Both the position numbers and the translations under genes were made by a program. From NCBI GenBank assembly GCA_054772095.1, contig BAAGAE010000030.1:87335-151334 (forward strand): DNA of 64,000 nt, read 5' to 3'. This document shows, one piece after another, positions 55,472 through 63,368 of this stretch. Within the stretch, counting starts at the first letter, position 1. Each line of letters opens with the position of its first letter. A model generated the notes under the pieces. The model had not been told where the DNA came from, ran no database searches, and saw only the letters and a list, made by a program, of their open reading frames with translations. The stretch comes from Chamberlinius hualienensis (Eukaryota).

Positions 55472-56689
55472 TATTAGGAGGTTTGGTTTGCTTTGGCGTT
55501 CTAGTTAATTGAGCGGTCGCACTGTTTTATGACCAATTAGGATGAAAGGCTGCCATTAACAGCGACAAAACCTCGACCATTTTTGCGCAGGCGCATTGAA
55601 GCAATTCGAGCGTGAAAATTGGCGATTTTGATACATAGCGTCAGCTAATAAATCAAAATACTTCTGGCCGAATTTTTGTCTCAAAAGAAGGAAAAGGAGA
55701 ATGTAGAAAATAATGGCGACCTGTATTTATATAACTGAAATCTATTTGTTGCATAATGCAGACGACAAGTTTGACATCTGTTCGTTTCTAAAACGCACTC
55801 TAATTAAAAAGGAATGTAATTAACTAGAAAACAAGGCTTGCGTGACCCCCCCCTCTCCCCCCATGCTGCGCATGCTCCCAAGTGTCAATTTACATAAAAC
55901 TACGAACGCCCATTGCTTCACTTCTCGTTTGTTGACACTTTTGTCAACGTTATCGAAGCGTATCGTCCCAATTGTTTTTCTTACGGCCAGTCAGTTGTAT
56001 GACGTGTTTATTATGCCGTATTTTTACGTCAGAACTGGCAAATTGTCAACGTTTTCACATCTAACATGATTGCTTTGGTCATTCTTAATTATCATTTTGA
56101 CGCTGAATGTTTTAAGCCACAAATATTAAATCGCAGTGGAGGAGGGATTAGCGTTTTGCGTTTATTGATTAGTCAAAAGAAATAAATTTTTGTCAACGTT
56201 TTATGACATTTATTTGGTGAAGCGTAAATGAAGTAGTAATAGCAGCGTCTAATTATTAATTAAGGATTTATCGGCGTTTCTACGTTGACGCTGAGCTTTT
56301 AATTGTTAATGTCGACAATTGCAAGAGCAAATAAAATCATTAATCAGCCGCTTAAAACGATTTTCCTTTTTCTATGCGTCCTCTGGCGGCAGTGTTGGTG
56401 GCTGCAAACAGCTCGTCAAGAGTCGTTTTGAGAAAAAGGGGGGGGGGGGGAGTCTAATTAAACTGTTTAATTAATCCATAGGAATTGATGGAGATGATGC
56501 TAATAAAAGGTCTTTCTCTATGGCGCGTAACTAGCAATTTTAATGAAAAGGATTAAAGCACAAGCCGTAAAAAAAAAAAAGATTGTGGCGTCCTCTGTTG
56601 ACGTTGAACTGGTGAAATGGTATAGAAACGATGAAGAGACGTTTAGGAACTAAATAAAACACGTTACTTTACTCTTGTAATTTGAAAAA

Positions 56690-56900
56690 TGGTTGACGAC
56701 GAATAGTGGGCGGTGGTATATAGTTGATGAAGAAATGTTTTTCGCGCGTCGTAAAAAACAAGATGGCGTCGATAGGAAATCGGGTCGCGACAAAAATGCA
56801 TCTCCATATTTCCACGCCACATTTTATGACTTTTATACGTCGTCGTCGAACATCGTTTAACGCTCGATTTTACACGATTTTCAACAGTCATCTCATTCCA
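56690..56900. promoter_or_regulatory. CpG-enriched segment with an AAGATGGCG (YY1-type) core, about 600 bp upstream of exon 57489. Candidate internal TSS region.
   Basis: cgcgcgtcgtaaaaaacaagatggcgtcgataggaaatcgggtcgcgac...cgtcgtcgtcgaacatcg. Confidence 0.3.
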
Positions 56901-57488
56901 TCTTTTTCTTCTAGCTATCTAACACGCATGCGTACTAAAATTTTAATATTTCTATTTACTTTTTTATTTGTTGGACGGTGGCAGCGATGATATTGAAGTT
57001 GATGGAAGTAAACGACTTTGTTTTGATTTGAAAAATAATCGAATGACAGTCAACGTCATCTATACTTCCCTTGAAGTGATTGAATTTCACTTTGACGTCT
57101 GCGTTAAAACATCCACGGATTTTCTCTTGACAACTGGCTGACAACTTCTTTCTTCCCTTTCTACTTGTTTTGATATGTGTAATCTATTAGTTTATATTGA
57201 TTACTTTGGATTCCATTGGAGTTGTATCAAATGTTGTATACTGTAGAGTTACTAATGGACTTCATGTCGAACGCTGTTTCTGCATGGCTAGGCCTAATAT
57301 TATGCGCCAATTTGGTTGTCGTTATTACTGTATATTGACCAAATTAGTTTCCATTTTACTTTTTGAATTTAGCTACTTTAAAACTTGGTGATGTGATTTT
57401 TGACAGTTTAAAATTAGTGAAAGATGTTTTTTTATTAACAACTTTATTATTTTGTATAATTATTCTAACTATCAACTTTTTTTTACAG

Positions 57489-57534
57489 GTGTCTGACACT
57501 GGGTCTGACCTTTTCACAACGGCAGCTCCAAAAC
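57489..57534 (+). CDS. AUTS2: AUTS2-family exon (46 nt, phase 0-1), peptide VSDTGSDLFTTAAPK(R)
   Basis: Acceptor ttttacag ends at 57488 and donor GTAAGT sits at 57535. Matches human KASDASSEKLFNT. The 1-nt carry-over completes CGT with the next exon, keeping the long Ser-rich frame open. Confidence 0.75.
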
Positions 57535-58270
57535 GTAAGTAACATTTTATTGTTGTTTTTTTTTAACGAATTTTATATGAACTTATACCTCATATAACTA
57601 TTTATACACTGTATAAGATCTACTCCATCTCGCTCTCTTTCTCTGTCAATTTGAGTTGTTGATGATAGCTTAAATGGTTCTGTTTTGAGATGGCGTTGCA
57701 TTCAATTAACTTGTATGTCATGAACATTGAATAGCGTTTTCTGGGGAGAGGGACAAAAAAAGTTAATGGGATGATTTCTTAAACGACGCCGTTCATAATT
57801 TTCTCGCTCGATTAGACGAGTCTAGATGTTGATGATGATGATAATGCAAAACATTTTCAACCCCTTTCTCTTTTCTTTTGAGGATCTGGATTTTTTTATT
57901 ATTATTTCCTGGAGGCATTGTTGGCGCGCGAAACCGACACTCGATTAGGCAATTTAATATTGTGAAAAATGCCCTGACATTAAATAAGATTTACGATTCA
58001 ACCAAACCCTCCTCAACTCTCGAATATTGTAGCGATTAGTTCAACCATCATTCTATAGGTATTTCTATAATTTATTACGACTGCTGTTCTAAATATACAC
58101 TATATAAGTTAGAAAATCTGCCGCTAAACAGGCGTCACTTTCCGTCTTCATTTGCACTCTGTTGCTTTTACGCACAGTTTATTTTTCTTGAAATAGAAGA
58201 AAACAAACTGTACACTTGTAGTTGTTTGCTAGAAAATCAGACAGCCTTTTTTTTTTTTTTACGTGGATCA

Positions 58271-58278
58271 TGACGTCA
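58271..58278. promoter_or_regulatory. Perfect CRE aTGACGTCAt, about 480 bp upstream of the large exon at 58755
   Basis: Direct reading. Confidence 0.5.
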
Positions 58279-58754
58279 TTAAACGCAGCTGTTAACTTAA
58301 ATCAACGCTGAAAATAATTTAACTTTTTCTAATAACGCTGAATTCTGCGTCTCTAATAGCTTTTAATTCGAATGCATATTCAATTTCTGTATTAATATTA
58401 TTTATTGTAGGCATCAACGTTATTTATGTTTTCATGATAGACGCGTTTGGTAATTTGCGTAACGGGTTGTGATGGTTTAAAATGATTTTAGTTTTGTTTG
58501 TTGGTAACTATGCCGAGTGTAAACAGAGGATGTTTTAGCTTATTTATAGATTTCAATAGACTTTGTGTTTGTTTGCTTTTGTTATATTGCCAGAGGAAGT
58601 TTAATTTATGATTCTCAGTTGGTAAACATTATCACTAAAACAATTTTTTATCTTAGCTCAGTCAACGGATTGCTCGGTTTATTTAATTAACATTGTTGTT
58701 TGTTTGTTTTTTTTTAAATTTAATTTTTTTTTAATTTTTTCATCTCATTTACAG

Positions 58755-59982
58755 GTGAAACCGCGAATCACAGCAACAACAGTTACACGCTTCATAGTGG
58801 AAGCAGTAGGAGTAATTCTCCTATTTTTCCGCTAAACCACACCGTTAACAACAGTAATAGTATCTGCAGCAACAGCAGCAGCAGTAGTAGTAGTAATAGC
58901 GGAAGTGGCAGTATTTGTAGTGTGACGCAGCAACGTCCTTCTTCGACGTCATCAATTCAAGTTATTCCTCGTCACGTTAACAACGTTACCTCTACAAACA
59001 ACGGAGTGGCCCCACCAGCGTCACCTCCCTCCTCCATACCACCGATCTACCACATAAATAGTAATAGTAATAGCAGTAGCAGCGTCACAACGACATCTAG
59101 CGGTGGATCCAGTGGCAATCACAACAATAATTGTGGTGGCGGTGGGGACGTTAGTGGCGTTTCCACCGCCATATTGGGAAATGCCAGCGTGACTGTTAAC
59201 GCAACGCCTGCCGCCACCACTACAATTTCAACGACAGTAACAACACCGTTAACGGCATCTCCTAGTCCTGGCTTAGGTTTAACGGTACAGTGTGTAACAG
59301 GAACTACTGCATCGACGCTGTCATTACGCAGCGTAACTCCACCTGTTTCAACTGACGGAAGTCCAACGAACGTTTTGGTTCAATCGCAAACCACACCAAC
59401 GCCGTTGTTATCGTCACCGTCGTCTTCTCCTGTTGTATTGAACGTTAGGCAGACCCCACCGCCTCCTCTACCTCCTGCTGCAGCCGTTACACCGGTTACT
59501 AGTACCACTGGAGTCACGTGTATTACACCGTCACCCAGGCCTCGCAGCCCCAGGACAAGTACTCCATCGTTTTATGAAAGGACTAACAATAACAATAGTA
59601 ATTCGTCAGCTGCATCAGTAGCCACACAACAGCGTCACACGCCGACTTCATTACCGCCTAATTATTCTTGTAACGCTTGCACAACTCCTCATTCTTATCA
59701 CCCACCTCCATTACCGGTTCCGCTTCATCCTCACCATCACTCCCTTCATCACCAGCATCATCAACTTCATCATTCTCATCATCTTCAACCAACTACTTCA
59801 CCCCCAACGCCGCCTGTATCAGCTGTGACCACAAGTCCAACAACCAGTTCAGCAGCCGTTACAACAAGTGTAACGAGCAGCACTTCGTCGTCCTCCTCTT
59901 CAGTAGGTAGAGCTGTGACACCAAATTTGCCTACTTTGAGAAATCACAGCCCGTCCACGAGTAGGGATACACAGAGTTACAG
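58755..59982 (+). CDS. AUTS2: AUTS2-family large Ser/Thr/Pro/His-rich exon (1228 nt), RETANHSNNSY...RDTQSY(R)
   Basis: Acceptor tttacag ends at 58754. The frame runs through the whole listed ORF 58922..59986 and is open upstream to the acceptor. Donor AG|GTGACT at 59983 joins in frame to the exon at 60772. The exon is low-complexity S/T/P-rich, as in the human PR1 region. Confidence 0.8.
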
Positions 59983-60771
59983 GTGACTAAATTATTTACT
60001 AATTAACTAAAATTACAGTTGTGTAAATGAGACTCAAATCTATACATGTAGGAAAATATTATTGTAGACAAACAACTCTATCCATCTATATATTTCGTGT
60101 TAAAATCAATTAAATTGTATGAATGTTTACTGAAGATTTAGTTTTTAAAATGCGGTTGAATTGCAGTTGCCAACTTTGTACGTGACTTCTGTGTTACATC
60201 TTAGGCCATTTAAAATCTCAAAAGACGTCATAAAAGCTTTTTAGTAGCTTAAGTGGCTATATCTGCCTTTCTTAAACTTGCATGACTGCATACTTAATTA
60301 ATGTTATAAATGACACATAGTTGCTTACTTTATGAAATCATAAACCTAGTTTTGATATAGTGTGAATAGTTTACGATTCGTTTGTGGTTATAAAAGCTGA
60401 CCGAAATCATTCATTGGACATACTTGAAGGAGTTTATAAACACAAGTTAAACGATTTAGTCGAGTCGTCCAAAGAAAAAAAAACGTTTAGGGATTAAAAT
60501 TGAAATGTTTAATATAAACAACTGCTTAATAACTAGGAAACTGTTTAAAAATAGACATTAAGGAAGTAATGTAATTGTTTATTTTGTTAAAATATGTACG
60601 GGCAGAGTACTATCAAGATTTCGGATTTATCTTACTTAACCAGGCGCTTCCTTTTCTTAATTGTAAATTGTTTGACATCTATAAATAGCGGACGATTATT
60701 ATCACTGACTTTATTTGAAACAAAACGGAATTAACAAACATTGTTTTGATTTGTTATCTTTACTGTTATAG

Positions 60772-60948
60772 TAGTAACGTGAGCAGTTTGAGTAGAAGTA
60801 GCGTGACGCCAAGCAGTGCTGGTGGAGGTAGCAATAGTTCTAGAGCTGAAAGTAACAGTAGCGCTAATACGAGTTTTACCGGGATCGCCTTTAATCCATC
60901 TGCGAATCTTCCTAGTCTGTCTTTTTCAAAGGCTTCTACTTGGGCTAG
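60772..60948 (+). CDS. AUTS2: AUTS2-family exon, (S)SNVSSLSRSSVTPSS...SKASTWA(S)
   Basis: Acceptor ttatag ends at 60771 and donor GTAAGT sits at 60949. The frame equals listed ORF 60746..60952 and is continuous with the previous exon via the split codon AG|T. Confidence 0.8.
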
Positions 60949-61017
60949 GTAAGTTTTAATGCAAATATATATGCCGCATGATAAATATCTAATGTTATTA
61001 TTGTTTAATTAATTCAG

Positions 61018-61367
61018 CTCGAATCCAGCGTTACATCCTGGTACTCACCTTCCGCCTGCTCCTAGACCAACACCACCTCCTCCCGGTCCTCCTCCGCCTC
61101 CCCCACCCCCTGGTCCAGCTGTATCTGGACCTACAACTCAGAACTTTACCATACCTGCACTTCATAATAGTCATCACTCATCGCCATTTACACTGCCTAC
61201 ATCTTCTAGTTCCGCCAACGTTTCCTTACATTCACATCACGGCATGTTTGCCCCGCCTATTCCGCCACCATCGGCTACTCTTTCGGCAGCCGCTGCCGCT
61301 AGTTTGGCTGGTCTCCCTGGAGCGTCACCGAATCCGTTTGGTGCTGATCTTTTACTACAGCAAGGGA
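61018..61367 (+). CDS. AUTS2: AUTS2-family proline-rich exon (PPPPGPPPPPPPPGP...GADLLLQQG)
   Basis: Acceptor aattcag ends at 61017 and donor GTAAGT sits at 61368. The frame is open across the whole exon, and it ends in phase 1, which fits the next exon. Confidence 0.8.
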
Positions 61368-61436
61368 GTAAGTGTAAATATAATTTTAAAAAATTTATCG
61401 CTTTAAGAAATTAATTTTTTTCAACTGATTTGGCAG

Positions 61437-61636
61437 ATCAAGCAGATTTACTTCGGAGAGAATTAGACAACCGGTTTTTGGCTTCTCAAGATCGTTCTAT
61501 GCCCATTCCTCCGCCTCCATACATGAGAACAGAGATGCACCAACATCAACATCAACATACTCATTTACATCAACACAGTCATCTAATACCGCCAACGTTA
61601 GGCGCTTCATTGGTTCCAACTCCTGCCACACATTTG
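61437..61636 (+). CDS. AUTS2: AUTS2-family exon carrying the PY motif (PPPPY) and His repeat ([15 protein letters not shown])
   Basis: Acceptor tttggcag ends at 61436 and donor GTAAAT sits at 61637. Peptide [49 protein letters not shown] matches human DILRQELNTRFLASQ...[26 protein letters not shown]. Confidence 0.9.
61540..61590 (+). repeat. Coding (CAT CAA)n His-Gln repeat, the hallmark AUTS2 His-rich repeat
   Basis: CACCAACATCAACATCAACATACTCATTTACATCAACACAGTCAT translates to [15 protein letters not shown]. Confidence 0.9.
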
Positions 61637-61714
61637 GTAAATTAAATTCCCATATTTATTGATCGAGTCTAACGATAGCATCTTTGGATTAATTATTTAT
61701 TGCAATTTTTACAG

Positions 61715-61759
61715 TTTGACAAATTGCCGAAACTTGATGCTCCATTTCATCGTCAAACG
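61715..61759 (+). CDS. AUTS2: AUTS2-family exon (45 nt), peptide FDKLPKLDAPFHRQT
   Basis: Acceptor ttttacag and donor GTAAAT. Matches human FDKYPTKVDPFYRHS. Confidence 0.9.
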
Positions 61760-61829
61760 GTAAATAATTTGTTTTTTGGTTTGATTTAAATAAGTTTAAA
61801 TTGCTATTTTTGCTATTAAATTTTTGCAG

Positions 61830-61943
61830 TTAAGCTTGCCAGGATTTGCTGGTCTGTCTCCTCTTCTACCCCACCAAGCCAGTCCAGTGGCATCATCAAC
61901 ACCTTTTGGACCGCCAAACATGGCTGCGGCTTTTCAACCGAAG
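61830..61943 (+). CDS. AUTS2: AUTS2-family exon, LSLPGFAGLSPLLPHQASPVASSTPFGPPNMAAAFQPK
   Basis: Acceptor tttttgcag and donor GTATTG. Matches human ...GPFGSLQGAFQPK. Confidence 0.85.
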
Positions 61944-62014
61944 GTATTGTTTAACTTCGGTTCTCCCATTACACATCACAGATTTTTTAATTTTTTTTTC
62001 TTTCGAATTTATAG

Positions 62015-62044
62015 TTGACCCCACTATCAAAAAACAAAACAGTT
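62015..62044 (+). CDS. AUTS2: AUTS2-family 30-nt in-frame micro-exon, peptide LTPLSKNKTV (possibly alternatively included)
   Basis: A strong polypyrimidine tract precedes acceptor ttatag, and the donor is GTAAGT at 62045. Length is a multiple of 3, and the flanking exons join in frame with or without it. Weak similarity to human HTLLQKD. Confidence 0.55.
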
Positions 62045-62107
62045 GTAAGTGTTGAGGTTGCAATTGAATTTATCAAATGTTCGCGTTTTTAATGGTCTGT
62101 CTATTAG

Positions 62108-62306
62108 AAATCTGGACGGTGGTGTGCAATGCATGTACGTATTGCGTGGGAGATATACAACCATCAACAGAAGCAACAGGCTGAAGCTCATAAGAGCAAC
62201 GCCTCAAAATCAGCAGATATGGGTCGATCACCTAGTCATTTATTTCCTTCCTTTCATCGGCCTCATCATGATCTTGCTGGATTAGCCAACTCTATCATAG
62301 GACCAG
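62108..62306 (+). CDS. AUTS2: AUTS2-family exon, [29 protein letters not shown]...HDLAGLANSIIGP
   Basis: Acceptor tattag ends at 62107 and donor GTATAC sits at 62307. Matches the most conserved AUTS2 block [22 protein letters not shown]. Confidence 0.9.
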
Positions 62307-62374
62307 GTATACTCGTTAAAACAAATATTTTTAGATATTTATGTCAATTAACCTTTATTGTAAAACTTAAGCAG

Positions 62375-62461
62375 GTTCCAGTCATCCACGAACACCATTT
62401 GAAGCGGCTGCGGCAGCTCAGCATCACAATAGCTTTTTAAGCACTGGTGCAAGTCATTTAG
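62375..62461 (+). CDS. AUTS2: AUTS2-family exon, (G)SSHPRTPFEAAAAAQHHNSFLSTGASHL
   Basis: Acceptor aagcag ends at 62374. The alternative AG at 62370 gives an immediate in-frame stop and was rejected. Donor GTTTGT at 62462. Matches human [24 protein letters not shown]. Confidence 0.75.
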
Positions 62462-62603
62462 GTTTGTATTGTTTTTAAATATTATAGCAGTTAGGAACTA
62501 GTTAATATTGTTTACGAGATGATTATGCAGTAGACATTAAACGTGTTTTGTTGTATGATTGATAAAGTTAAGGAATAATATTAAAACAATTTTTTATTTA
62601 TAG

Positions 62604-62687
62604 TTCCTGGCATGTCGCCGTTTGTGCGACCAGGGTACTCTGGTTTTGGCGCCTCAGTCAGTGCCTTTGGTGGCTTGGGTTCCTTAG
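62604..62687 (+). CDS. AUTS2: AUTS2-family exon, (V)PGMSPFVRPGYSGFGASVSAFGGLGSL
   Basis: Acceptor ttatag and donor GTAAAC. Matches human ...NNAFGGLGSPSL. Confidence 0.8.
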   Translation, partial: FLACRRLCDQGTLVLAPQSVPLVAWVP

Positions 62688-62757
62688 GTAAACTTATTGC
62701 TTTGTAAAAAAAAGTTTTTTTTGGAAATTTTCTATAACAATAATTTTGGGTAAACAG

Positions 62758-63193
62758 CTGCAGGTGGAGGTTTATTTGGCTCTGGGCGAGACCTACGAGA
62801 TCTTTCTGGAGTTGGTGGATTATCACCTTCTCCGGCTCATGAACAATGGAACCGTCTTCACCGTACTCCATCCTCATTTCCTACAGCTCCTGCTCCTGGA
62901 GGTCCATGGTCGCTGAAAGCGGAAGTTGAACGTGATAGGCATCACTGGGAAGAACAAGATAGAGATAACAGAGAAAGAGAACAGCGAGAGAGAGAACGGG
63001 AAAGGGAACGCGAACGCGAACGAGAACGGGAGAGGGAAAGGGAAATCGAAAAGGAAAAAGAAAGAGAACGAGAAAAAGAAAGGGAACAGCAGAAGAAAGC
63101 GGCCGCTGCTGCCGCGGCCGTAGCTGCAGCTGCTGCAGCAGAAGCAGAAAAACGAGGCAAAGAACAGTATGAAAAATCCAGGGAACTAGAAAG
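62758..63193 (+). CDS. AUTS2: AUTS2-family exon with [16 protein letters not shown] motif, an (RE)n dipeptide repeat and a 14-residue poly-Ala tract
   Basis: Acceptor aaacag ends at 62757 and donor GTAAAC sits at 63194. The frame is open for all 436 nt. Matches human [23 protein letters not shown]. The exon ends in phase 2 (AG), which joins in frame to G at 63369. Confidence 0.85.
62967..63140 (+). repeat. Coding imperfect hexamer repeat (GAR CGN)n giving (RE)11, then a mixed-codon GCN run giving A7-V-A6
   Basis: The translation of exon 62758..63193 reads REREQREREREREREREREREREREIEKEKEREREKEREQQKKAAAAAAAVAAAAAAEAE. The Ala codons are heterogeneous (GCG, GCC, GCT, GCA). Confidence 0.9.
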
Positions 63194-63267
63194 GTAAACC
63201 AGTTAACATTAACATTTTTCGTAAAATGTTATAACAATATGTGTTATTGGTGTTATGGACATATTAG

Positions 63268-63308
63268 GGAACGAGAACGGGATAGAGAACTTGATAAACA
63301 AAAGAAAG
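63268..63308 (+). CDS. Candidate 41-nt cassette or poison exon inside the last mapped intron, (R)ERERDRELDKQKK. Inclusion shifts the frame and produces a stop within about 10 codons of the next exon.
   Basis: Good acceptor atattag|G and donor AAAG|GTACAA. The segment continues the RE-repeat reading frame of the upstream exon, but 41 nt is not a multiple of 3. Confidence 0.25.
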
Positions 63309-63368
63309 GTACAAAATGATACTATTCCTTTTAAGTTTTATGCATTAATTGCGTTTTATTTGTGATAG

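Noticed and set aside
59677-59910. Alternative-frame ORF (SSPSLPSSPASS...) inside the large exon
   Set aside because: It is an overlapping frame of the S/T/P-rich exon. The exon frame is fixed by splice-phase continuity with the upstream and downstream exons.
62942-63160. Minus-strand ORF encoding poly-Ala and SL/SR repeats
   Set aside because: It is the antisense mirror of the plus-strand RE/poly-Ala coding repeat in exon 62758..63193. It is not an independent gene.
63194-63368. Treating 63268..63308 as a constitutive exon
   Set aside because: Inclusion breaks the frame into the conserved C-terminal exon. The direct join 63193^63369 (AG+G) is in frame and collinear with human AUTS2, so the segment is reported only as a candidate cassette.
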